A stretch of 64,000 nt of DNA from a candidate division WOR-3 bacterium. Lineage in GTDB: Bacteria > Hydrothermota > Hydrothermia > LBFQ01. Below are positions 47,813 to 57,945 of the stretch, piece by piece; positions within the stretch are counted from its first letter, which is position 1; every line of letters begins with the position of its first letter. The notes under the pieces were generated by a model. The model ran no database searches and was not told the DNA's origin. It saw only the letters and a list, made by a program, of their open reading frames with translations. The stretch is taken from assembly GCA_027050205.1 (NCBI GenBank), contig JALUCS010000093.1, forward strand, positions 31,282-95,281, read 5' to 3'. A program made the position numbers and the translations under genes.

Positions 47813-49012
47813 ATGAGGCTACTAACGATAAGAGATGAGACCGAGGCTTTTAAAGGCAAGAGGGTTCTCGTCAGGGTAGACTACAACGTCGTAAAAGGTG
47901 GGAAGATAAGCGACACCTACAGGATAGACAGGACCCTGCCCACGATTAAAGCTCTCCTTAATGCTGGAGCCAAGCAGGTGGTCCTCGCCTCCCACTCCGG
48001 TAGGCCCAAGGGAAGGGATAAGTCCTTGAGTCTGAAGCCCATCGTAAAGTACCTGAAGGATAAGCTGGGGGAGGAGGTGGGCTTCGTTGAGAACGTAATA
48101 AACGATGAGGCTCCGGAGGATAAGAGGGTGGTCCTCCTTGAGAACCTCCGCTTCTGGGAGGGGGAGAAGAAGGACGACCCCGAATTCGCCAAGGCCCTGT
48201 CCAAATTCGGAGAACTTTACGTAAACGACGCCTTCGGCGTATCCCACCGGAGGAACGCCTCCGTCCACGCCATAAAGGACTTTTACGACAAGCGGTACGC
48301 CGGTCTCCTTATGGCCGAGGAGGTGGAGAATCTGACCACCGTACGGGACAACCCCGAAAGGCCCTTCCACGTCCTCTTCGGCGGGGCCAAGATAAAGGAC
48401 AAGATACCCGTCCTTGAGTCCCTCGTTCAAAAGGCGGACAGGATATACATCGGTGGAGCCATGGCCTACACCTTCCTGAAAGCCAAAGGTAAGGAGGTGG
48501 GCCGGTCCCTCGTAGACGAGGAACACCTGGATTGGGCCAAGAGCTTCCTGGAGAAGAACGGGAAGAAGCTCGTCCTCCCCTCGGATCACGTGTGCGCCAC
48601 TGCCCCCGTAGAGGAGTGCGGTAAGGGGTACGAGGTCAGGGACGTTGAGAGTGAGGACATACCCGACGACCTCGTCGGCTACGACATAGGGTGGGAGACC
48701 GTAAAGAGGTACAGGGAAGGTCTTAAAAAGGCCCAAATGGTCTTCTGGAACGGCCCGATGGGGATGTTTGAGTGCGAGGACTTTGAGTGCGGTACCAAGC
48801 TCCTCGCCATATTCCTCTCCTCCCTCAAGGACGACGGGAAGAAGGTTGTCGTGGGTGGAGGGGACACGGTGGCGGCCATCTCCCGTTTCCACATCCCCTA
48901 CGAGGACTTCCACTTCGTATCTACGGGAGGAGGGGCAGCCCTTGAGTTCCTCGCGGGTAAGGAGCTACCCGGCATAGCCATAATCACCAGGAAGACCAAG
49001 AAGGAGGATTAG
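47813..49012 (+). CDS. pgk: phosphoglycerate kinase
   Basis: 399 aa; RVDYNVV, VVLASHSGRPKG motifs. Confidence 0.95.
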   Translation: MRLLTIRDETEAFKGKRVLVRVDYNVVKGGKISDTYRIDRTLPTIKALLNAGAKQVVLASHSGRPKGRDKSLSLKPIVKYLKDKLGEEVGFVENVINDEAPEDKRVVLLENLRFWEGEKKDDPEFAKALSKFGELYVNDAFGVSHRRNASVHAIKDFYDKRYAGLLMAEEVENLTTVRDNPERPFHVLFGGAKIKDKIPVLESLVQKADRIYIGGAMAYTFLKAKGKEVGRSLVDEEHLDWAKSFLEKNGKKLVLPSDHVCATAPVEECGKGYEVRDVESEDIPDDLVGYDIGWETVKRYREGLKKAQMVFWNGPMGMFECEDFECGTKLLAIFLSSLKDDGKKVVVGGGDTVAAISRFHIPYEDFHFVSTGGGAALEFLAGKELPGIAIITRKTKKED

Positions 49013-49015
49013 AAG

Positions 49016-49828
49016 TTGCGAATCTTCCACAGGATCCTCGCGGCGGTGGACCTCTCGGAGAACAGCGAGCAGGTCAGGAGCTGGGCGGAAGGTATGGCCC
49101 AGAGCCTGGGGGACGTCGTTGACTACGTGGGCGTGTTCCCCCGCTTCCCCGACATATACATGACCGTCCTGGGCTGGAGCAAGGACTTCATACAGAACGT
49201 AAACCGCGCCAAGGAGGAGATGTTCAGGGAGATGAGTAGGCGGTACGGGGGAGCGGGCAAGGTCCACGAGCTGGAGGGCGTACCCGACGAGACCATCGTC
49301 TCCTTCGCCAGAGACAGGAAGGCCTCCCTCGTCGTCATGGGTTTCAGGGGGGCGGGTAGGTCAAGGATACCCATAGGCAGTACCGCCCTCGGCGTTATAA
49401 GGAAGTCCGACAGGAACGTCCTCCTCGTAAGTTCGTCCTTCAACCCGCCCAAGAGGATAGCCGTGACCCACAGCTTCAGGCCCACGGACAAGAGCGCCCT
49501 CCTCATAGCCTCGGCCATAGCCAAGACCTTCGGGGCGACCCTGTACCGGGTCCACGTGATAGACACCCACTTCTACAGGCTCATACCGGGGGACCTGAAG
49601 GAGGAGCTGAAGTTTGAGATAGAGATGGAGCTGTCCAAGTCCATCCCCGGTGTGAATACGGTCCCCGTGGTCCTTGACGGGGACGTCCCTATGGAGCTGG
49701 CACACTGGGCGGCGAAGAACGACATAGACATCGTGGTCTTCGGCTCCGAGCCTAACAAGATAGGCCTCGCCATACAGGAGTTCCTGATGCAGACGGTGAA
49801 CAACGTCTTGGTGTGCCGTGGGCTTTGA
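49016..49828 (+). CDS. universal stress protein (tandem UspA domains)
   Basis: 270 aa; two UspA-like halves with ATP-binding G-x2-G-x9-G(S/T)-like segments. Confidence 0.65.
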   Translation: MRIFHRILAAVDLSENSEQVRSWAEGMAQSLGDVVDYVGVFPRFPDIYMTVLGWSKDFIQNVNRAKEEMFREMSRRYGGAGKVHELEGVPDETIVSFARDRKASLVVMGFRGAGRSRIPIGSTALGVIRKSDRNVLLVSSSFNPPKRIAVTHSFRPTDKSALLIASAIAKTFGATLYRVHVIDTHFYRLIPGDLKEELKFEIEMELSKSIPGVNTVPVVLDGDVPMELAHWAAKNDIDIVVFGSEPNKIGLAIQEFLMQTVNNVLVCRGL

Positions 49829-50469
49829 TCTCCTTCCTCGCCGACTTGAGGGGTACCTATCCCCTCGGCGGGGATAACCTGCTGTTCCCTGTAAAGTGCG
49901 GGGACCTACCCACCCTCCGTTTCGGAGGGGGAAGGATGTTCGGGATGGTGAGTGAGGGTTTCCTGTCCTTTTCCCTACACTCCGTCGCCCTCGGTATCCG
50001 GTACTACGGCACGGGGGACAGCCTCTTCTCCGATTACTCCGGGTATCTTGCTGTGAGGTTCGGTAGGTTGGGGGTATCGGCCTCCTACGGCTCCAACTCC
50101 GTAGGGAGCAGCCGGAGTACCTACGGCGGGGCGATGGTGTCCTTTGAGGGCAGGGCCTCGCCCGTGATCTTGAGGGTGTCGGCAGGGTACGTAATTACGC
50201 CCATACTGGCGGCGGAAGGCGACTTGAGACGGACGGATTCGGGCATTAGGTTCGTGGCCGTCTCCCGGCCGGGGATCTACGTAGATGTGGCCGTCCTCCC
50301 CTACATCCACGTTGGCCAGATTTCAATAGGGGGACTCTACCGGACCTCCGGGAACACCTTCGGCCTCTTCCTATCCTATCGCCACACCCTTGGCCTCCTC
50401 TCCCTCCTCTTCTCCACCCACGAGGCCCTCGGAGAGGGCGTACTTTCGGACAACCTACTGGTCCTCTAA
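49813..50469 (+). CDS. hypothetical beta-rich protein
   Basis: 218-aa ORF; Gly/Ser/Tyr-rich; start uncertain. Confidence 0.3.
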   Translation: MPWALISFLADLRGTYPLGGDNLLFPVKCGDLPTLRFGGGRMFGMVSEGFLSFSLHSVALGIRYYGTGDSLFSDYSGYLAVRFGRLGVSASYGSNSVGSSRSTYGGAMVSFEGRASPVILRVSAGYVITPILAAEGDLRRTDSGIRFVAVSRPGIYVDVAVLPYIHVGQISIGGLYRTSGNTFGLFLSYRHTLGLLSLLFSTHEALGEGVLSDNLLVL

Positions 50470-50888
50470 CCGCCGGAGCTTCCGAAACCCCTCTCTCGCC
50501 TCTCGCTATCGGACAGCTCCCCCTCTACCACCTCCCAATCCGTTAGTTTAATAGGGACGAGTTGGGCTATCTTCTGCCCCTCCTCCACGACCACCTCCTC
50601 CCCGAAGGAGACCATAACGACCCTTATCTCACCCCTGTAGCCGTTGTCTATGACCCCCGCGAGGGTATGCACCCCCTTTAGGGCCATGGAGGAGCGGTCT
50701 TTTATGAAGGCCCCCCAGCCCTCCGGAAGTTCAACGGCTATGCCGGTGGGGATGGCGACAGGTTCCAGGGGGCGGAGTACGGCCTTAGAAAGGGCGTAGA
50801 GGTCGTAGCCGAGGTCTCCCTCGTAGGCCTTGGTGGGAAGTTTCGCCTTGGGATGCAACCGCTTCACCTTCAACTTCGGCCTGTCCAA
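50466..50888 (-). CDS. dut: dUTP diphosphatase
   Basis: 140 aa; AYEGDLGYDLYA motif. Confidence 0.85.
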   Translation of the reverse strand: MDRPKLKVKRLHPKAKLPTKAYEGDLGYDLYALSKAVLRPLEPVAIPTGIAVELPEGWGAFIKDRSSMALKGVHTLAGVIDNGYRGEIRVVMVSFGEEVVVEEGQKIAQLVPIKLTDWEVVEGELSDSERRERGFGSSGG

Positions 50889-51012
50889 GGGCGGGTATTG
50901 TAAGGGGGGAGGTGTTTTGTATATCTCTCCTCGGAAACTGCATCGTACAATCCGGCGGATACTCCGACGGATGTATTACGCCGGCCATCCCTCGCTGGAG
51001 GTGGCACAGCGC

Positions 51013-51113
51013 CCTTTCAAAAACCGTAAGTCTGACGTCAAAAAATCATAAGTTGCCCTTCAAGATTCTTGCAATCAAGATTCTTGCAATCCCAATTGTG
51101 GATTTTGAAAGTA
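51013..51113 (-). repeat. interspersed intergenic repeat, copy R5, with internal 15-nt tandem duplication (caagattcttgcaat x2 at 51061-51090)
   Basis: reverse complement tttcaaaatccacaattgggattgcaagaatcttga...gacttacggtttttgaaaggg aligns with R1 over about 95 nt. Confidence 0.65.
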
Positions 51114-51724
51114 GGGTATTTCCCCGATAGGTGGATAGTTCAGAGGCTGCGTATCCGCCAAACGCCTCGTTATTCTCGGTGTGAATCTTGGCGTTGCACC
51201 TTCAATGAACGATTGTGGTCATCAACTTTTGGGGATTGTGCCGATGGTTCTACACTACAAAAACAGGCATAACTTTATCTGCAGAATACCAACTTTTGAG
51301 CGAAATTTTGTTATATTAGAATCTAAACCCAAAAATTGCGTAATTTTACAACGATAAGCCGCCGATATTACAATATTCGGTTTCATATAAAGCATCTCAA
51401 CCGAAAGTGGGGCCACCCCATTGGCCGAATACGTCCCCCTCGGAGCCTATGGCACCGTTAAAAGTCGGTATAGGAGTGTCTCACCTTTACAAAAATACGT
51501 TGAAAAGTGCGACAGTGCGATTTCCGGTGGGACGGTGGTTATAGGTCGCATCCCAAAGTTAGGGGCATACCTTTAAGGCGGCAATCCGGTTGAGTTCGTA
51601 GGAGGGCGGTTCCATCTGATTTTATGAGGTTGATAGTGTAAATGTGCCTGCGAATCCTACAGGGGTAGGAGGAGAAGGCCCGGTTTTAAGGCCCCCATTC
51701 ATAGGCGACGTTGGAGGTTAGAAT

Positions 51725-52240
51725 ATGGTGATGGACCTCTTCGGCTTCCGGGTGGAGGTTGTCTTCCTCCTCGCCGGTGGTAGGCCCCTCACCTACGCCT
51801 GGCACTATACGAGAGACAGGGCGTTGAAACATCTAAGGAAGATAGCAGAGTACCACGGCATAGAGGGTGAGGTAGTTGAAGACGGCGGCCCCCTGAAGTG
51901 GTTGGAGGATGAGGTTAAGGCCGTAGTTTTAAAGGGGAAGAGGTTCATCCTGCCCGATTTCCCGTACAGGCACCGGGAGGTGTATGAGGCCTTACTGCGG
52001 ATACCGAGGGGGCAGGTAAGGACCTACGGTGAGGTGGCCAAGGAGATCGTCGTCCCTTTCCCTACCCTCCTAACCGCCCTTATGAGGAAGCCCTTCCAGA
52101 TCCTGATCCCCTGTCATAGGCTCATAACCTCCAAGGGTACCCTTATGGGCTTCTACCCCCTCGGAAGGGAGGTAAAGGGGAGGCTGCTGTGTGTTGAGAG
52201 GGCTATCAGATGTAGTCCTCCCTCCGGACGACGTTCCTAA
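51725..52240 (+). CDS. ogt: methylated-DNA-protein-cysteine methyltransferase
   Basis: 171 aa; active-site IPCHRLI. Confidence 0.75.
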   Translation: MVMDLFGFRVEVVFLLAGGRPLTYAWHYTRDRALKHLRKIAEYHGIEGEVVEDGGPLKWLEDEVKAVVLKGKRFILPDFPYRHREVYEALLRIPRGQVRTYGEVAKEIVVPFPTLLTALMRKPFQILIPCHRLITSKGTLMGFYPLGREVKGRLLCVERAIRCSPPSGRRS

Positions 52241-53174
52241 CCCTCCCGGTCGTAAGGAAGTCCCTGACGTTCTCCACTGCCCTCCTCAACGCCCTTTCAA
52301 ACATCCCCGGTACTATGTTGGAGTTGTGGGGGGAGCCGAGGAAGTTCTCCAACTCAAAGAAGGGGTAATCTACGGAGAAAGGCTCACCCTTAAAAGGCTC
52401 CCTCCACCAGACGTCAAGGCCGGCTTGGAAGTTCGGGTTCTCCTTCAGATGCTCGTACAGGTCCCTCTGGTTGATGATCTCCGCACGGGCGACGTTTATC
52501 AGGATGGCGTCCCGTTTCATCAGGTTCAGCTCGCGGCGGGTGATGAGGTTCCGGGTCTCCTTGGTGAGGGGTAGGGAGATGACGAGGACGTCCGAGACCT
52601 TCAGGACGTGATCCAGGTCTTTCAAAGTACCTACGAAGGCCACAGGCTCGTCCGTCCTACCGGAGCGGTTTATGGCAAAGACCTTCATATCAAAGCACCG
52701 AAAGGCGCGGGCGACGGCCTTACCTATGCCGCCGAAACCGAGGATGCCGAGGTTCTTCCCCCTTATCTCCTTGTTGAGGCTGACGCGGTCGTATATCCCC
52801 TTCGCCAGCTTGAGGTGGTTGGGCAAGAGCCTCTTCGCCAGGGCGAGGACCATACCCATAACATGCTCGGCCATGGGTTCGGCGTAGGCCCCGGCGTTGC
52901 TGGCCACTATCACACCTTCGGGTATCTCCCCAAACGGTACGTGGTCCACGCCGGCCCATATGATCTGGAGGAGCTTGACACCTTTGAGGAGGGAGAGGTC
53001 TCCTATCTCCGCATCGGGGTAGATGGATATTACAGCCTCTGCGCCCTTTAGGGCCTCCGCCCTCTTTTCCTCCGGTATCTCCCGGAGATAAACGACCTCG
53101 GCTACACCCTTCAAAACCTCCCCTATCACCCGCTTGTGGTCCTCCTTCGCATCAAAGGAGACGACGACCTTCAT
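52206..53174 (-). CDS. D-isomer-specific 2-hydroxyacid dehydrogenase
   Basis: 322 aa; NAD-binding GFGGIGKAVARAF and catalytic R/E/H arrangement. Confidence 0.8.
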   Translation of the reverse strand: MKVVVSFDAKEDHKRVIGEVLKGVAEVVYLREIPEEKRAEALKGAEAVISIYPDAEIGDLSLLKGVKLLQIIWAGVDHVPFGEIPEGVIVASNAGAYAEPMAEHVMGMVLALAKRLLPNHLKLAKGIYDRVSLNKEIRGKNLGILGFGGIGKAVARAFRCFDMKVFAINRSGRTDEPVAFVGTLKDLDHVLKVSDVLVISLPLTKETRNLITRRELNLMKRDAILINVARAEIINQRDLYEHLKENPNFQAGLDVWWREPFKGEPFSVDYPFFELENFLGSPHNSNIVPGMFERALRRAVENVRDFLTTGRVRNVVRREDYI

Positions 53175-53227
53175 AAGAGGGGTATTCTAAGCGGGGAGGC
53201 CTTACCCTATGTTTCACGTGAAACATT

Positions 53228-54028
53228 TTAAACCACCTTCAGTTTTTGCAGGATCTTCATCACCTCCTCCGCCCACCCCTTCGGCCCCATACACTTCGCC
53301 CTAATGAGGTTGGGGACGGAAACGGGGGCGTACCCCCTCTTCGGGTTGGGTATGAGAACGGGAATATCCACCTCCCTTAGCATATCCTCGTCGTTCTCGC
53401 TGTCCCCAAGGCCTACCGTAAGGACGGGTTCCCCGAAGGTTTCCTTAACCACCTTAACCACCACCCCCTTACCCTGTCGGGCATCTACGAGGTGGTAGAA
53501 CCTCCCACCCCTCAAGACCCTGTACCCGTTCCTCTCCGCCACCTCAACGAACTCCTTTAACTTCCCCTCGTCCTTGGCGATGAAAGGCTCCGTGTAGTCC
53601 CTCCTCCTCATCATCTCAAGGGCCTCCCCCTTGAGGCCCGTAAGCCTCTCCAGGTCCTCAACGTCCATGTCCCCCATCCCCACCAAACCGTACTCTCCGG
53701 CGTACCTCTCAAAGAAGGCCCTGACCTCCTCGTAGGGCCTACCGAGTATAAGGACGCAGAAGCCCTCCCCTACCCTCCTACACCCCTCCGGTAGGGGTTG
53801 AAAGTCCTCCGGGAAGAATACGGCGGCCCCGTTCTCAACGGCGAAGGGGGAGGTGAGGCCTATGTCCCTTAGGAGATGGCGGGTCTCGGCGTACGTCTTA
53901 CTGGTCACCGGTATTACGGGTATGCTTAGGGCCTTCAGGAGGGATAGGATGGGGGCGGCCTCCTCCCAGGAGTACGTGAAGTGGTCAATGAGGGTCCCAT
54001 CCAGATCGGTAAATATGGCCACCTTCAT
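53228..54028 (-). CDS. HAD-IIB phosphatase, mannosyl-3-phosphoglycerate phosphatase-like
   Basis: 266 aa; FTDLDGTL motif I, TSKT motif II, GDSENDEDM motif IV. Confidence 0.6.
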   Translation of the reverse strand: MKVAIFTDLDGTLIDHFTYSWEEAAPILSLLKALSIPVIPVTSKTYAETRHLLRDIGLTSPFAVENGAAVFFPEDFQPLPEGCRRVGEGFCVLILGRPYEEVRAFFERYAGEYGLVGMGDMDVEDLERLTGLKGEALEMMRRRDYTEPFIAKDEGKLKEFVEVAERNGYRVLRGGRFYHLVDARQGKGVVVKVVKETFGEPVLTVGLGDSENDEDMLREVDIPVLIPNPKRGYAPVSVPNLIRAKCMGPKGWAEEVMKILQKLKVV

Positions 54029-54055
54029 AACGGTTTAGATTGTAAGGCCGGTTGG

Positions 54056-55972
54056 CTATCCCTCTCCGGCTTTCCGCTCGTCGCTAAGGCTCTCCAAGAC
54101 CGCTCCCCCTATGGCGGCCGTGTTGAAGTTCACCCTCTCCATATCGGAGAGGAGGTCCAGATACACCTCCCCCGACTGGGCGTTGGATACGTCTATCCTC
54201 GTGTAGAACTCCTTCCTCTTGCGGTCAAGGAGGGCCTTCACCTCCTTTGCCCTCGCCAGAAGTTCCTTGGCCTTCTCCGGGTCCCAGGTCGTGAGGACGA
54301 CCATAGCGAGGGCGAGGGTCTTCATAACCTCCGAGTGCATCTCCTTTATTCCGGACAGCTCCTCCTCCGTTAGGCTTATGCCCTCCTTGTACAACTTCTC
54401 AACGTTCCGCACGATGGACTTAGAGATTATGTCGCCTATGTTTTCAATCTCCTCCATTATCTGGGCGAGGGCCACCACCCGCTTGCCCGTCTCCCCCGTC
54501 AGGCCGTGGGCCATCACCTTTGAGACGTAGGCGTTTATGGTCTCCTCCGCCCTGTCTATCTCGTCGTCCATGCTGGCCACCCTCTCAAACACGGCCGGAC
54601 TCCGGGTCCTTATCGCCTCGTACACGTCCTGAAACATCCTCATAGCGACGTTGAGGGCGTCGGATATGACCTTCTCCATATAGACCAACAGGAATTCGGG
54701 GTCATCGTATATCACGGCGCGGGAGACCCTCTCCTTTATCGGAGACTCCATCCTCCAGAGGGAACGGACGTAGGTCAGGGGTACGACTATGGCGGCGAAG
54801 AGGAGGTTGTAGTATATGTGGGAGAGGGCTATGTTCTTACTCAAGTCCCTCACCCATATGGCCAGCGAGGGGGCGTAGGGGACGGTCGGCAGGAGGGCGA
54901 GGGAGAGGGCCGTCCTTCCGAGTAGGTTTATCAGGGCGACCCTACGGGCCACCCGCGAGAGCTGGGCGGAGGCCAGTACGGCCGTGAAGGCTGTCCCTAT
55001 GTTGGCGCCGAGGACGACGGCCAAGGCTCCGGGGAAGGTTATTATCCCGGCGAAGGCCATGGAGAGGGCTATACCTATGGTTAGGGCGGAGGAATGCACC
55101 AGGGCGGCGAAGACCGCCGAGGTGACCAGCATCAAGAGGACGTTGTTGGAGATATCGTGGATGAAGGCGATGACGTAGGGGATGGAGGACATATCGGCGA
55201 AGGTGCTTCCCATCTGCCATATTCCGAAGAAGGCCAGACCGAAGCCGAAGAGGGCGCGGCCGTAATGCTCGTAGACCTGCGTAAACCTCTCAAGGTAGTA
55301 CCCCAGGGCCATCATTACGATGGCGACGTAGGTGAAGCCGAGGGACAGGATACCTACCGTGAAGGTGGTACCCACCCCCGCCCCGGCGTTCATGGCCATG
55401 GCGGAGGCCGGCGTGAGGAAGCCGAGGTCGGTTAGGGAGACCACCATAACCGTAACGGCCGTGGAGGACTGGAAACCGAGGGCTGCTATGAGGCCACCGA
55501 GGGCGGCTAAGAGGGGACTCCGGGATAGACGGGTGAGTAGGGTCCTCGTCCATCCCCCTACGGCTCTCATTATACCCGTTGAACCCCGATTGAGGCCAAA
55601 CATAAAGAGGACGAACCCCCCCAGAAGCTCCAAAAGCTTAACTATCCAGTAGTTCTTCCGCAGTATCCTCCCTCTGAAAGTCAGGGAGGTGTCCTCCGTG
55701 GATGCCACGATCCTGACACGGGAGGGTTTGAGGGGTTTAGGCGGTTCGTACACCGCCGTACTGTCGGCCCCCACCCGCACCCTTCGGAGGTCTATCGTAT
55801 CCCCCATATAGGTGAAGGAGACCTCACACCCCGGCCCGCTCTTAACCCGTACGGGCTTGAACCTCTCCCCCACCGTAACCACCTGGTTGTCCCCGGAGAG
55901 GTCCACGTTGTAGAGGGTGTCGTACACCCTAAAGAGGGGACACCCCACACCTACGAGCGACAGCAGGAGCAT
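54056..55972 (-). CDS. Na/Pi cotransporter family protein with C-terminal PhoU-like domains
   Basis: 638 aa; polytopic core with duplicated GANIGT motifs, cytoplasmic alpha-helical C-terminus. Confidence 0.75.
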   Translation of the reverse strand: MLLLSLVGVGCPLFRVYDTLYNVDLSGDNQVVTVGERFKPVRVKSGPGCEVSFTYMGDTIDLRRVRVGADSTAVYEPPKPLKPSRVRIVASTEDTSLTFRGRILRKNYWIVKLLELLGGFVLFMFGLNRGSTGIMRAVGGWTRTLLTRLSRSPLLAALGGLIAALGFQSSTAVTVMVVSLTDLGFLTPASAMAMNAGAGVGTTFTVGILSLGFTYVAIVMMALGYYLERFTQVYEHYGRALFGFGLAFFGIWQMGSTFADMSSIPYVIAFIHDISNNVLLMLVTSAVFAALVHSSALTIGIALSMAFAGIITFPGALAVVLGANIGTAFTAVLASAQLSRVARRVALINLLGRTALSLALLPTVPYAPSLAIWVRDLSKNIALSHIYYNLLFAAIVVPLTYVRSLWRMESPIKERVSRAVIYDDPEFLLVYMEKVISDALNVAMRMFQDVYEAIRTRSPAVFERVASMDDEIDRAEETINAYVSKVMAHGLTGETGKRVVALAQIMEEIENIGDIISKSIVRNVEKLYKEGISLTEEELSGIKEMHSEVMKTLALAMVVLTTWDPEKAKELLARAKEVKALLDRKRKEFYTRIDVSNAQSGEVYLDLLSDMERVNFNTAAIGGAVLESLSDERKAGEG

Positions 55973-55981
55973 AGGTCCCCT

Positions 55982-56356
55982 TTACGTATCCCTCCAGAGC
56001 CTCCGGACCACCGCACCGCCCGACAGGAGTCCGACGAGGAAGAGGAGGGGAACAAGGAAGTACTTACCGGTCAGCCTGTAGGACCAGAAGGCACCGGCGG
56101 TATAGACGGAGAGGTACATCATAGAGTTCAGGAGGGCCATGTAGGTGGAAAGGGGTATCCTGTCCTTGAGGGGCTGAAGTCTCCTGTGAAGGTACTCGTT
56201 CAGCTTCTCAAGTCCATAATCTGCTGCGAAGACCATCAATATAGGGACGATGGCGTAGAGGGAACAGAGTTCTCCGACTTCTAAACTCCGTACAAGGTAC
56301 GAAAAAACACTGGCGAGGAGCAGGTAAGGTACCCCGAAGACCAGTAGGGACGTCAA
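55982..56356 (-). CDS. small membrane protein, unknown function
   Basis: 124 aa, four hydrophobic segments. Confidence 0.4.
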   Translation of the reverse strand: MTSLLVFGVPYLLLASVFSYLVRSLEVGELCSLYAIVPILMVFAADYGLEKLNEYLHRRLQPLKDRIPLSTYMALLNSMMYLSVYTAGAFWSYRLTGKYFLVPLLFLVGLLSGGAVVRRLWRDT

Positions 56357-56357
56357 C

Positions 56358-56717
56358 TCACTCCAACCATATGAGGATTATGCCGCAGTTCGGGCAGGTT
56401 ACGACCTCGTCGTCTCTGGGGGTTAGGGAGGCGGGCAGGGCGGCGAAGCAGTTGGTACACATATGGTTCACGACGCGGGTTATTCCCCTACCGTACCTCC
56501 TCTTCAGCATTTCGTACCTTTGATAGGTTACGGGATCGGCCTTGAGGAGTTCCTTTGCCAGCTCGTTCCGTTTCCTCTCCAGATCTGCTATCCTCTCCTC
56601 CTCAACCTTCAAGCCCGTTTTGGCCTCGTACTCCGGGTCCTTAACCTGCTGGATGAGGAGGTCCAGATCCTGGAGGAGGTAGAGCTTGCGCAGGTATTCC
56701 CTCTTACTCATGGTCAT
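56358..56717 (-). CDS. coiled-coil plus C4 zinc-ribbon protein
   Basis: 119 aa; CTNCF...CPNCG cysteine pairs at C-terminus. Confidence 0.5.
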   Translation of the reverse strand: MTMSKREYLRKLYLLQDLDLLIQQVKDPEYEAKTGLKVEEERIADLERKRNELAKELLKADPVTYQRYEMLKRRYGRGITRVVNHMCTNCFAALPASLTPRDDEVVTCPNCGIILIWLE

Positions 56718-57159
56718 GCTCTAAGATGTAGTCTATCAGCTCCTTGGGTGAGGAGAAGTCCGTCCTTATCTCCCCTTCGTGGGCTATGGCCCTAGACACC
56801 CTCGCTATGGAACCGAGGGCGGTCAGGTACTTCATAGACGGGTCGTTGGGGGTGGCTATGAGCATAAAGAAGAGGTGAACGGGCTTACCGTCAAGGGAGT
56901 CGAAGTCCACCCCCTCCTTTGAGACCCCCACTACGAGGGTTATGTTATCCACGACGATGCTCCGGGAGTGGGGTATGGCTATACCCTTCCCTATGCCCGT
57001 CGACCCCAGGATCTCCCGCTGCATCAGGGACTTGAAGAGGATCTCCTTCTTCTCCTCGGAGAGATCCAGGACGTCTACCAACTCCTTGAGCGCCTCCTCC
57101 TTCGTCTTGGCCTTCATATCAAGGATGACGCGGTCTTCTCTCAAAAGCTCCTTGAGCAT
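56704..57159 (-). CDS. ptsN: PTS EIIA(Ntr)-type regulatory protein
   Basis: GIAIPHSRS phosphorylation-site motif; ORF-track ORF runs to 57261, but the ATG at 57159 abuts the queC stop. Confidence 0.7.
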   Translation of the reverse strand: MLKELLREDRVILDMKAKTKEEALKELVDVLDLSEEKKEILFKSLMQREILGSTGIGKGIAIPHSRSIVVDNITLVVGVSKEGVDFDSLDGKPVHLFFMLIATPNDPSMKYLTALGSIARVSRAIAHEGEIRTDFSSPKELIDYILEHDHE

Positions 57160-57161
57160 CT

Positions 57162-57872
57162 CTATACCTCCTTTTTTTCTTCTTTCTCCAACCTTACAAG
57201 GAGGGGGTCGGGTATCCCGACCTCCGCGAAGGCTTCGGCCCTCTGTACACACGTGGGACACTTACCGCAGGGCTTCCCATCAACTGGGGAGTAGCAGGAC
57301 CACGTCCACTCGTAAGGCACACCCAACTTCAGACCCAACCGGATTATGTCGGGCTTCTTTAGACCTACGAGGGGGGTATGCACCCTTATGCGGAGCTTTC
57401 GGTCAAAGGCTAGGGAAGATCCGGCGTTCAGAAGGGCCTCAAGGGCCGACGCCCATTCGGGGCGGGTGTCGGGGTAGTTGGGTACGTCCGAGGCGTGCAC
57501 CCCTATGACGAGGTCTGTAATACCGTAGACCTCCATGTACGCCCCCGCCACAACCCCGAATACGGAGTTCCTTAGGGGTACGTAGGTGGATATGGTCCCT
57601 TCGGGTGGATAGGGTCCCTCCGGGACCTCCATCTTCTCATCGGTTAAGGCCGACCCCCCTACCCTCTTCAGAAAGGTCAGGTCTACGAGTATATGCTCCC
57701 TGACCCCAGCCATCTCCGCCAGCTTCTTGGCGTACTCCAACTCCACCGAGTGCCTCTGACCGTACAGGAAGGTCAGGGCATACACCTCCTCAAACTTCCC
57801 CTTCGCCCACCACAGGGCGGTCGCGGAGTCTATCCCGCCCGAAAGCAGGACGATACACCTACCGTTCTCCAT
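57162..57872 (-). CDS. queC: 7-cyano-7-deazaguanine synthase
   Basis: 236 aa; LLSGGIDSATA PP-loop, C-terminal CGKCPTC zinc site. Confidence 0.85.
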   Translation of the reverse strand: MENGRCIVLLSGGIDSATALWWAKGKFEEVYALTFLYGQRHSVELEYAKKLAEMAGVREHILVDLTFLKRVGGSALTDEKMEVPEGPYPPEGTISTYVPLRNSVFGVVAGAYMEVYGITDLVIGVHASDVPNYPDTRPEWASALEALLNAGSSLAFDRKLRIRVHTPLVGLKKPDIIRLGLKLGVPYEWTWSCYSPVDGKPCGKCPTCVQRAEAFAEVGIPDPLLVRLEKEEKKEV

Positions 57873-57945
57873 ATAGCAGAAACTTGATATTATAGGGTGG
57901 AAGGGACGGGGTTAGAATTCCGACATCCGGGATAAGGATAGGTTC

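Noticed and set aside
51061-51092. Possible CRISPR-like array (caagattcttgcaat repeated)
   Set aside because: Only two directly abutting 15-nt copies with no spacers; other long spacers contain degenerate, non-uniform repeats rather than identical repeat-spacer units. No cas genes are present.
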